Assembly (NCBI GenBank): GCA_964036045.1
Contig: OZ038378.1
Coordinates: forward strand, 190,154,001 to 190,218,000
DNA: 64,000 nt
Reading direction: 5' to 3'
DNA from: Eutreptiella sp. 'Long Island Sound 2002'
Lineage: Eukaryota > Protista > Euglenida
Part shown: piece after piece, positions 1-11,007 of the stretch
Numbering within the stretch: position 1 is the first letter of the stretch
Layout of the letters: every line of letters starts with the position of its first letter
Made by a program: the position numbers and the translations under genes
The notes under the pieces: model-generated
What the model saw: the letters and a program-made list of their open reading frames with translations, nothing else
Told to the model about the DNA's origin: nothing
The model's database searches: none

Positions 1-342
1 CTGCCGCTCGTCGCCATGAGGTGTATGGACGACTCTCACGGCATGCAACTCTAGCACGTCCGGGTGCATCAGGACTTCAAGGGTATGGTCACGGATGGTG
101 TAGATCTTGGGTTGGTCCTGCCCGTCCACGGGGCTCTCCGCGGTCGCTCCTTCCTTCTTGCCATGTCCCGTACCCACATGTACTTCCCTTGGCAGGGCGC
201 TCCAGGGGTTGGGAGTGGCGAAACTCAGTGGTATTGGCTCTTCTGGAGCCTTCTTCGGCACCCGATGTGCCTTCGCTTTCTCAGGGATTCCACTGATTTT
301 CGGAGGAGAGACCTCCGAGGTCCCACTCCCGTGGGGGCTCCT
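1..342 (-). CDS. Putative N-terminal part of pol (pre-protease region) of an LTR retrotransposon, in frame after the gag TAG; runs off the window
   Basis: Manual translation: after TAG (345-343) the same frame stays open for 114 codons to base 1 (RSPHGSGTSEVSPPKISG...HAVRVVHTPHGDERQ). No protease D(T/S)G motif is inside the window, so pol identity is inferred from position only. Confidence 0.5.
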
Positions 343-3300
343 CTAGACTTGGCTTCCCGCAGCCCCTTCCGGCTGCGATCCGCCAGGACTTTGTCCACCA
401 CGTTGCTGGGCCCTGAGTTCCTCCAACGTCCTCAACATGTCCTCAGCAACTTCCTCGATCGACCTCACTCGTCGGTCTTGGCCAGGTCCACCACCATAGC
501 CTCTTCCTCCGCCTTTTCCTTGGCCTTTGCCTTGGCCTTTTCCCCCGTCTCCGCCCTTCGCCTTCCAGTCGGAAATCCGCTGCTCTTTGGGCTTCTTCTC
601 GGGGTGGGCTGCGAAGTAGGCCTTCTTGTCCGCCTCATACACCTTGCACTGACGATGGTCGTGTGCATGGTTGTTTCCCTTGCCATAACAGACCCAGCAC
701 CCGTCGTGCTGAGACCTGTACTGCCGGAACGAGAGCGGTGGGTTCCCGATCCTCCTTGGCTCTTTGCCCTTCTTGGGTCCCACCTGGCTCCATCTGGACC
801 GATCCTGCCCATGGTTCTTCACGTTGTGCGCCACAAACGCGAAGAAATGGTCCTCCTCGTGATCCTCTCGGGACCAGTGGTCTTGGCCACTTCCACTACC
901 ATCCTCCGCAGAGTTGGCCGTGTCCTCCTGGATCTCCCGTTGATGGCGGTCTTCTCGGTGTCCTCGTTGTCCATGACCGTGTCGATCCTGCACGTGGGCC
1001 TCGTTCTTCGCATTGAGCTTCAACTGCACCGTGATGTACTTCACGATCTCGTCCAGGCTCATGCGGGCGAAGATGACCTGCATCCTCAGCGGCTCCCCGC
1101 GCCTCCACTCCACGTTGTTGAGGCGCAGCAACCTTTGCCCCATGGAGTCTCCGAATACCTCCACGTACACGGCGTTCTTCAGGCCCAACATCCGGTTGGG
1201 TTCGCCCAGGTTCCTCCTGAAGAACTCCATGATACCCGCATGGGTATCCTCCGCCGCCATAATCCGCACCGCCACCCGCTTCTTGGCGCGCTTCTTCTCC
1301 TCGTCCTCCACTCGTCGCTTCCAGTTGCCGGGGAGGACCCTCCTTCAGCAAGTGGCGGATCTCACTGGCCTCGTTCCAGTCTTCCACCAACTTGAGGCAT
1401 CTGCGGTACTTCCGCAGATACCGGTTCCACTCCCGGACCCGCAACTCACCGCGGTCCAGCGGCAGTGGAATGGACCACAGGTCCTCCAGCTTTTGGTTAG
1501 GAGCGTCCACCCGCTCCTCATCCTCCAACCACTGGAGGCAGGCCTGCTCCGTCCTGATCAGTCCTTCCCGGATCTGATCCCGCAGCTCCTCCTTCAGGTC
1601 CTGCGCCAGGCGGTGTGGGAATGTCCGGCATACCCACTTATCCCGCGGCGCTCCCCGCATCTCGCCGACGACCTCCTCGGCGAAATCCTCCCAATCCAGG
1701 GTGAAGTCATCCAGGTTGGAGGGGTTACCATCGTAGTAGGGGATTTTGATTCCCCTGAGGTCGTCGATCCTGATGGCGTCTCCGACGTCTCCAGCCACCA
1801 CTCCACCGAGACGGATACCACCTGTGGCCGGGGGGTGTGAGTACACTCCCCGTACATCCCTCTCCTCCATGGAGTGCGGTCCAGTTGGGCCTGAACCCAT
1901 GGGGTTTGGAATGCGGGAAGGACTTGCTCCATCGGCCGTCCATATCCCCGTATTGGGGTCCTTCGCCCACAGGTTTCCGCTTGGATGGCCTCGACCATGT
2001 CCGCCGGCGCTTCCCATGGTTCGCCCCTGCATGGTCTGGTTCTGGATCTCCTCTTCCGCATAAACTGCATAGGTAGTCGTACTTGGCGGTAGATCCTGGG
2101 CGGCATGGGACATCTGCACTGTCAGGCTCCTCGGGTCCGTGGCTACGTGCCCTTCCCGCATGGACCCAGCCGGTGCCGTGTGTTCCCCGAGCATTGTGGA
2201 CTCGCTGAATAGGGGAACAAACGGCAACGCACCCGGGTCAACACGCGGAGGCGCGTATGGTGCCTCTGTAGGGCCGCCCATGGGTTTCTCCATGGCGCTC
2301 CTGAGGGTCTTAACCCGCTCCACCAGCTCTACCGCGGCCGGGTTTGCCGGGAGCTCCGGACCCGAGGCGAGGGGCTGTCGCTCCTCTAGCCTTTTCAGGC
2401 GTCCCGACATGTCCTCCACTAAGTGGAGGAGGCTGTCCACCACTTGCTGCTGCTTCTGCAGGGCCAGCTCCAGATTCTCCCGGTACCGGGCCTGATCCGC
2501 TCGCAGCTCCTCCATGTGGTTCTCCGCGGCCGACTGGTCGTCCAGTATCCCCGCGACGTCCTCCTCTAGAGCGTCCTTGGCGTTGTCCAGGCGGTCAAGA
2601 TGACGCACGATGGCGTCCATCCCCATCTTCGGGTACTTGCCCATGAGGAAGGACACGTGCTCACAGTGGCAGGCAGCGTGCTTTCCGCCGGATTCAGCGC
2701 ATCCCGCGGTTCCCGGCACATCAGACTCATCACCCATAGGCGTATCGCCTATGGCGTCCGTCTCTGGTCCCGTGTGCCGGGGCACAGGTGCCGTCCGGGC
2801 CCTGGCTGGCCTCTCCAAGCCCTCGGCGTCGTGCTGCAGGGCGGGCTCGGGGGCCGTATGCGCCCTGGCGATCGGCGCGGACATCTCCGGCTCCGAAGGT
2901 GGCTCGTAGGCTGTCCGATAGCCCTCGGAGTGCCCCTCGGATTCCCACAGCCTGACCGGGCTGGGGTCCGTGTCCATAGCCCCGGCGTCCCTTGCCGCGG
3001 ACTTGGGTGACCCGCGCTTCCGGTAGCGCCGGGCCCGTCCTCCACTGCTGCCTGAATGGCAAGCCTCATCCGAGTCCTCCGCGGCGGAGCGGAGGTTGCA
3101 TGCTTTACGGCAGCGACGCTCACACATGGAGACCAGGTCCTCCATGTCACGTCCTCCTCTTCCCGACTGTCGTACTTCTCTTCGGGCTTCAACTTCCGGA
3201 GTTCGCCATGCTCTTGAACGTCTCCGCTCTTCTATGGCTCCAATCTCCGGCGTGGTCTCCACCGAGTCCACAATACGCACCCGGGGCGTACTTGGGCAGG

Positions 3301-3451
3301 GCTCATAAGGGCCCAAGTCCCCGGGTCGGCGGTTGGTAGGGGCAGCAGGTAAGCCTCTGCTACCATAAAGAAGGTCCCTACCAGGACCGGCCCCCGCTGT
3401 GCCCCTTCCGCCTGTCACCCCTGCTGACTTGCTCCGGATCAACGATTGCAT
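343..3451 (-). mobile_element. gag: Gag-like ORF, copy 1 (~1035 codons once one +1 frameshift at ~1338-1340 is corrected)
   Basis: ORFs 896..3451 and 343..1311 join at GAGGGTC, where copy 2 reads GACGTC (one extra base in copy 1). Motifs: coiled coil (LDRLDNAKDALEE...LKRLEE), IKIPYYDGNPSNLDDF.LDWEDF (Ty3/retrotransposon capsid-like), and CWVC...HAHDHRQC knuckle at 646-699. Lies directly downstream of LTR-A and the PBS. Confidence 0.8.
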
Positions 3452-3902
3452 TTCTCAAAATCCTCAAAATCCAGGGTCCAAATCCAAAAATATAGAAAAT
3501 GTAATCCTCCTTCAACCCTGAACAGCAACCAGATCCCACAAGTATAGCAATAACCCAATTCACAATCCAAATCAGGCTGCGGGCTTTCGTTCAGCACACC
3601 GGTATTCCCACGGTGGCGGGCATGTACAAGAATTGCACCAAGGAAGAAAGCCCTGAAATTGGCATATGAACACAAATAAAGCAAAGTTGGGGAAAGAGGT
3701 AAACATGCACATTCACAGCCATAAACCCATCATTCCCTGGACTCAAGACCTTCCCTTGACTCACCAACATATTACCCTGAACCAGGTCAAATGATATGGC
3801 TGAATGCCATGTGTCACAAGTCAATACACAAACCCCAAAAATGTGTTCACTCCCAAGCCTCTAAATCCTAGCCCAATAGGGGAGGTGGCGTGTCATGGCC
3901 TA

Positions 3903-3920
3903 GAGTGGCACTCAGGACCA
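3903..3920 (-). promoter_or_regulatory. Primer-binding site candidate
   Basis: TGGTCCTGAGTGCCACTC abuts the CA end of LTR-A (...TAGGGCA|TGG...). Confidence 0.6.
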
Positions 3921-5730
3921 TGCCCTACCCTGACATGTACTTGGTTGGACTTGGAGTCGAATGGGCTTGGAGAAATGACCTATGAGTTTGAACTCATAAC
4001 ATGCCAAAAAACTGCCAATTCACACCATATTGGCCATATATCACATATATGCTCAAAATTGAAGTTACCACTTATCCGAAGGCTCCAAGCATGCATGGAA
4101 TCGAAGTCTAGTATTCATGGAGGATATAGACCAAAGGTCAATGCCCATGTACATCCCCACTTTACCCTCGAAACCCCTTCGGATATGGGCGCCACGCACT
4201 GCCCAAGTCAGCCCATGATCTTGAGACCAATTTTTATAATCCTTCGTGCGCCAAGCCAAATGGAGTACGCGATCCGGCATATGGTGGTGTTCAACTCCAA
4301 AGCATATGCCAACATATGAACAACATACCATGGTTCGAATCTCCATAGGCTTCTTGTTGTAGGCTGACCAGGTGAGTACACAAAACGCAAAAATGAGCAA
4401 AAATTGAGGTCAAAAACATGAAAATATGACCAAATACAAAGTTGTCATGATAGTATATCTCTATGCTCACCCATGGTATCCGCTCATGATTCAATACACA
4501 AATGATTGGAACCATTTGCGAACAATTCCCCCACTTGGATCCCCAATCAGGCGCATGGAGATACCTTCGCCACTAATATCTACATGCCCCATGAAAATGG
4601 GAGTGCACCCATGGATCTCTTTGTCAAACATACCATGAGCAATACATACGCGGTAGACTTGGTCTAGCGCTTTGAATTCCCCAATTGGGACATGGGCAAA
4701 GCCCTCGTCACGTATGGCTCCCCATCTCTTCGGCCACACGAAGATATATAACATGGGCGTGAGCATATCAAACATATACCATGCATACAACACATACCCT
4801 CAAAATGTGGCTCCCACCATGATATGCCATGTCCCTCCATTGACATAACTTCACGTTAAAAATACGTAGGAACCCAAGGAAAGTTGCTATGCAACCCCAA
4901 CACTCATGCGATACACTCGAAAGTCACAATAAAATGTTCGGTTGCACGGTCCAAGAGTTATATATCACTTTATACCCTCTTGACCATTATCCCTTGCAAC
5001 ACCGGGCATGTGTACGTACCAAAGGCGTTTGATGCTTCCTAAATTAAGTTGAGACCAAGGCAGTTCCAACCCAACCTTCCTTATTCTCTTTCCTCACACT
5101 CGCGCGTAGATATGGCTCTTCAAAGTGGTCCCACGATTCGCTTTTGTTTCCCTTATATCTCCAAGTCAAATGGGTGGCAAGTATAAGGGAAACCTGATTC
5201 GGGTATAGGGAAAGGAGTATGACCAATCGACGAAGTCCAAATCAAGTGCGGCGATGTCGAAGTCGAAAATCCGATTTCGAAATCGCGAAAAATTCTGATT
5301 AAAATTTCGAGTGCTTATTTAGAGAATTGCGGAAGCAACGAACCCTTCGCTGATGAAATCTGACCCTTCAACGGAATATCCGCCAAAATATCTGGAAATA
5401 ACAGTTAACCAATCGGTTAACGCAAAATCGCGAGCCAACTGACAGTCGCCGATACATTGACTATCAGAACGGAAGGCTGAAAAATTACGGAAACATAATG
5501 ATAATAAAACCCTGTTGATTCCTGATATTCCGATATATAAATCTCCGCTGGCGGCGCCTCGGTACTGAATATTGCCGCTCATAGCCGCAATGACCAAACC
5601 TATCACACTATCACATCGGGTTAGGTCAGGTGGATGGGAGAGTATGATACCAGCCCATGGCGGCTTGCCGGCACATAGATACACACCTCAAGTGACCCCA
5701 AGATGGCCACGGGGGTCCGAACCGGCTTCA
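3921..5730 (-). mobile_element. LTR-A, 1810 bp
   Basis: Begins TGAAGCCGGTTCGGACCCCCGTGGCC and ends GGGTAGGGCA (TG...CA). Colinear with 8284-10085; similarity stops at exactly these ends. Confidence 0.85.
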
Positions 5731-5744
5731 CTCTCAGGTGGTCG

Positions 5745-8278
5745 CGGTCCAGAGATCTTGGCCGCTTCCACTCCCTTCCTCCGCGGTGCCGACCGTGTCC
5801 TCCTTGACCTCTCGGTGGTGGCGGTCTTCCTGACGACCTTGATGTCCTTGGCCCTGTCGATCCTGCACGTGGGCCTCGATCTTGGCGTTGAGCTTCAGCT
5901 CCACCGTGATATACTTCACGATCTCGTCCAGGCTCATGCGGGCGAAGATGACCTGCATCCTCAGCGGCTCTCCGCGCCTCCACTCCGCGTTGTTGAGGCG
6001 CATCAGCCTTTGCCCCATGGTGTCGCCGAATACCTCCACGTAGACGGTGTTCTTCAACCCCAACGTTCGGCTGGGCTCGCCGAGGTTTCGCCGGAAGAAG
6101 TCCATTATTCCGGCGTGGGTGTCCTCCGATGCCATGATCCGTACGGCCACGCGCTTCTTTGCTCTCTTCTTTTCCTCGTCCTCCACTCTCCTCTTCCAGT
6201 GGCCGGGGAGGACGTCCTTCAGCAGGTGTCGGATCTCGCTGGACTCGTTCCAGTCCTCCACCAGCTTGAGGCTTCTTCGGTACTTGCGGATGTACCGATT
6301 CCATTCCCGGACCCTCAACTCCCCGCACTCCAGCAGCAGCGGAATGGACCACAAATTCTCCAACTTCTGGTTGGGGGCGTCCACTCGCTCCTCGTCCTCC
6401 AGCCACTGGAGGCAGGCCTGCTCCGTCTGGATCAATCCCTCGCGGATCTAATCCCTGAGCTCCTCCTTCAGGTCCTGCGCCAGCCTGTGTGGGAATGTCC
6501 GACATACCCACTTGTCCCTTGGCGCTACCCTCATCTCGCCGACGACCTCCTCGGCGAAGTCCTCCCAATCCAGGATGAAGTCATCCAGGTTGGAGGGGTT
6601 GCCATCGTAGTAGGGGATTTTGATTCCCCTGAGGTCGTCAATCCTGATGGCATCTCTGACGTCCGCCGCCACCACTCCACCGAGACGGATACCACCTGTG
6701 GCCGGGGGGTGTGAGTACACTCCCGTACATCCCTCTCCTCCATGGAGTGCGGTCCAGTTGGGCCTCAGCCCATGGGGTTTGGGATGCGGGAAGGACTGGC
6801 TCCACCGGCTGTCCATATCCCCGTAGTGGGGTCCTTCACCCACAGGTTTCCGCCTGGATGGCCTCAACCATGTCCGTCGGTCCTTCCCATGGTTCGCCCC
6901 TGCATGGTCTGGATCTGGATCTCCTCTTCCGCATAAACTGCATGGGCAGCCGTAGTGGTCGGTGGATCCTGGGCGGCATGGGACATCTGTACCGTCAGGC
7001 TCCTCAGGTCCGTGGTTGCGTGCTCTTCCGGCATGGACCCAGCTGGTGCCGTATGCTCCCCGAGCATTATGGATTCGCTGAACATGGGAACAAACGGCAG
7101 CGCACCCGGGTCAACACGCGGAGGTGCGTAAGGTGCCTCTGCAGGGCCGCCCATGGGTTTATCCATGGCGCTCCTGAGGGTCTTGACCCGCTCCACCAGC
7201 TCTGCCGTTGCCGGCCTTGCCGAGAGCTCCGGACCCGAGGCGAGGGGTTGTAACTCCTCTAGCCTTTTCAGGCGTCCCAACATGTCCTCCACCAGGTGGA
7301 GGAGGCTGTCCACCACTCGCTGCTGCTTCTGCAGGGCCAGCTCCAGATTCTCCCGGTACCGGTCCTGCTCCGCTCGCAGCTCCGCCATGTCTCTCTCCGC
7401 TTCCGACTGGTCATCCAGGATCCCCGCGACATCCTCCTCTAGGCCGTCCTTCGCGTTGTCCAGGCGGTCGAGGTGCTGCACGATGGCGTCCATCCCCATC
7501 TTTGGATACTTGCCGATGAGGAAGGATACGTGCTCGCAGTGGCACTCAACGTGTTTTCCCCCTGATCCGGCGCATCCCACGGTTCCCGGCGCCTCGGACT
7601 CCTCCGCCATGGGTGTGTCGCCCATGTTATCCCGCTTTGGCTCCGTGTGCCGGGCCACCGGCGCCGTTCTGGCTCTGGTAGGCCTCTCCAACGCCTCGGC
7701 GTCATGCTCCAGGCTGGGTTCTGGGGCCGTGTGCGCCCTTGTGGGCGGTATGGCCATCTCCTCCGACTCCGAAGGGAAAGCGGTCCGATAGCCATCGGAA
7801 TGCCCCTCGGAATCTGCAGCTGACCACAGCCTGACCGGGCTGGGATCCGTCTCCATTGCCCTGGCTTCCGCCGTGGGTTTTGGGGACCTGCGCTTCCGGT
7901 AGCGCCGAGCTCTGCCGTTGCTGCCAGTCTCCTCCAACTCCTCCGCAGCGGAGCGGAGATTGCAAGCCTTGCGGCATTGCCTTTCACACATGGAGGCCAG
8001 GTCCTCCATGTCTAGCCCATGTCCTGCAAGGCTCTCCGTCCTGAGCATCTTTGTTCTTCTCGGGCATCTAAGTCCGGCGTCGACTGCACGGACTCCACGA
8101 TCTGCACGCGGGGCGTCCTTGGGCAGGGCTCATGAGGGCCCAAGTCCCCGGTGCGGCGGTAGGGGGCAGGTACTCCTCTGCTACCATAAAGAAGGTCTCT
8201 ACCAGGACCGGCCCCTGCTGTACCCGTTCCACCATTTCCTGTCACTCCTATGGTCTTGCTTCTCACCAGGTTCTGCAT
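5745..8278 (-). pseudogene. gag: Gag-like ORF, copy 2 (disabled, 3' truncated)
   Basis: ORFs 8012..8278, 6864..8048, 6448..6867 and 5734..6435 are consecutive homologues of copy 1. Two frameshifts, a CAG>TAG nonsense change at 6448-6450, and loss of similarity after GQDLW, before the zinc knuckle. Confidence 0.85.
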
Positions 8279-8283
8279 GATCT

Positions 8284-10085
8284 TGCCCTATCCTGACATA
8301 ACTTTGGTCGGACTTGGAGTCGATTGGGCTTGGAGAACTGCCCCATGAAGATGACCTCACAACATAGCAAAATTAGGCAAATCACACCATATTGCCCGAA
8401 ATTCAATTATATACTCAAAAATGCATACGGCAAATATTCAAATGCTCCATGCATGTGTCAAACCGGAAAGTAATATACAAGGGTGATATAGACCAAAGGT
8501 CCATGCCCAAGAATATGCCATCATTGGCTCCGAAACCCCTCCGGATATACACATGCCATGCTTCACAAGTCAACTCACGAATTTGAGACCTAATTTTGTG
8601 AGGCCTCGTGTGCCACGCCAAAGTGACCACGTGATCCGGCATATGGTGAGGTGCAACACTGAAGCATATGCCAACATATAAGCAACATACCATAGTTCAC
8701 AGATCTCTAGGCACTTTACTGTTAGCCGACCAGTTGAGCACATAAAATACAAAAATGAGCATAAAATGAGGTCAAAAACATGCAAATGATGCCAAATTCA
8801 AAGTAATCACAATAGTATATAACTTCGCTCACCCATGATATCAACATATGGTTCAAAACACAATTGCTTGGGACCATTTGCAAACAATCCCCCCACTTGG
8901 ATCCCCACATGGACGCATGGGGACACCTTCGAACCTCCTCCCAACACGCACCATGAAAATGGGAAAATTGATATTGGCGCTTGTGGGTCGCTCCGTAAAC
9001 CTTCCCACATGCACTATATGTGTGGTAGACATAGTCTAGCGCTATGGAGTTCACCATTGGGACATGGGCGAAGCCCTTGCCACGTATGACTCCACATATC
9101 TTCCTACAAACGGAGATATATAACATGGGCGTGAGCATAGCGAAGCATATACCATGCATATAACACATACCCTCATAAAGTGGCTCCCACCATGGTATGC
9201 CATGCCCCTCCATGGAAATAACTTCACGTTAAAAATACGTAGGAACCCAAGGAAAGTTTCTATGCAACACCAACACTCATGCGGTACACTCGAAAGTCGC
9301 ATTAAAATATTCGGTTGCATGGTTCAAGAGTTATATATCACTTTCTACCCTCTCGACCATTATCCCTTGCTACAACGGGCATATGTACACATCAAAGGCG
9401 TTTGATGCTTCCTAAATTAAGTTGAGACCAAGGCGATTGCAGCCCATATCTCAAAATTGTAACTCCTCGCAGTGAGCCGGAGATATGACCTTTCAAAGTG
9501 GCCCCACAAATCAATTTTGTTTCGCCTATATGTCCAAGAAAAATGAAGGAGACAACAAAAGGATGGTTGATTTGTGATCGGGGAAAAATGTATGACCACT
9601 CGAAATGCATCATATCAAGTGCGGCGACCTCGAAATCAAAAATCCGATTCTGAAAGTCTGAAAAAATCGGATTAATTTTGCGAGTGTATAACATGAAAAT
9701 TGCGGAAGCAACGAACCCTTTTCTGATGAAATTTAACCCTTCATCGGGGTTTCCGCCAAAACATCTGGAAATAACAGTTAACCAATCGGTTACCGCAAAA
9801 TCGCCGATACATTGACAATCAGAACGGATAGCTGATAAATTACGGAAACATTATGATAAAAAAACCCTGTTGATTCCTGATATTCTGATATATAAATCCC
9901 AGCCGGCGGCGCCTCGGTATTGAATATGGCCGCTCATAGCTGGAATGGCCAAGCCTATCACACTATCACATCGGGTTAGGTCAGGTGGATGGGAGAGTAT
10001 GATATCAGCCAATGGCGGCTTGCCTGCACATAGATACACACCCCAAGTGACCCAAAGATGGCCACGGGGGTCCGAACCGGCTCCA
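8284..10085 (-). mobile_element. LTR-B, 1802 bp
   Basis: Begins TGGAGCCGGTTCGGACCCCCGTGGCC and ends GGATAGGGCA. Diverged homologue of LTR-A, preceded by a purine tract. Confidence 0.85.
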
Positions 10086-10096
10086 CCCCCCTTCTC
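10086..10096 (-). promoter_or_regulatory. Polypurine tract candidate
   Basis: GAGAAGGGGGG immediately 5' of the TG start of LTR-B. Confidence 0.6.
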
Positions 10097-10576
10097 AGAG
10101 CGTTGTATCCGCTCGGAAGTCATTGAAGAGAGGACGGGAGGACCCCAATGGGCTCCAACCCCCCCCCCCCATGTCCCAAGGACACATGGAGGCCCCACAT
10201 ACGGCGTAGGCGTCCCCCATGCCCCAAGGGAGGGGTGAGGACACTCGTAATCGGTGCCCTCCGCCATATCCGGTCTCCTCTTGATCTACAACATGGACCA
10301 AGGGGATCAAAGATAGAGAAACGTCGTCGGTCGACCTAAATACGGATACCACAATGAAATATATATGTGGAGACCGAGTGAAGGGGGTATATGGCCAATC
10401 AAGGCCCAAAAATCCCCGGATGAACACCCTCACCCGTCTCCCAAGCACAAAGACAAACATAAATGCCAAGGGGGATCCATTACGGTGCTGTAGCAGCCAC
10501 CAAATGGACCAACACATCCTTGACACGTCCGAACCGGCTTCACCGCCTTGTGTATGCAAGGACTTGTATGTGCACT

Positions 10577-11007
10577 ACCCCCCCCCCCCCTGCGCCTCGT
10601 TAGCGCGCCAATCGCGCCTCGTTAGCGCCAAACCCCCCCCCACGCTCCTCGTTAGCGCCGAACCCCTCCCGCTGGTAACACCGCGCGCCTCGTTTGCAAC
10701 CCCCCTCCCCATGTGCCTCGTTAGCGCTAAACCCCCCCCCCCATGCGCCTCGTTAGCGCCAACCCCCCCCCCCCCCCCCGTGCGCCTCGTTAGCGCCAAA
10801 CTTCCCCCCCCCCCCGTGCGCCTTGTTAGCGCCAAACTCCCCCTCTCCCCGTGTGTCTGGTTAGCGCCAAACTCCCCCCCCCGTGCGCCTCGTTAGCGCC
10901 AACCCCCCCCCCCCCGTGCGCCTTGTTAGCGCCAAACTCGCCCTCTCCCCGTGCGCCTCGCCAGCGCCAAACTCCCCTCCCCCTGTGCGCCTCGTTAAAC
11001 GAGGCGC
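10577..11007. repeat. GC-rich minisatellite, unit about (C)nGTGCGCCTCGTTAGCGCCAAA
   Basis: About a dozen degenerate copies of CGCCTCGTTAGCGCCAA separated by C runs; the array ends in GCGCCTCGTT-A-AACGAGGCGC. Confidence 0.85.

Noticed and set aside
64-1840. Long + strand ORFs (443 aa and 275 aa) antisense to gag1, and the 380-aa ORF at 5572-6714 antisense to gag2
   Set aside because: They are codon-aligned shadows: a GC-rich gag rarely uses TTA/CTA/TCA, so the antisense frame lacks stops. The products are L/V/H-rich with no recognisable motif.
5638-5655. TGGTATCATAC inside LTR-A as an iMet PBS
   Set aside because: It is internal to the LTR, not conserved in LTR-B (TGATATC), and a better PBS abuts the LTR end.
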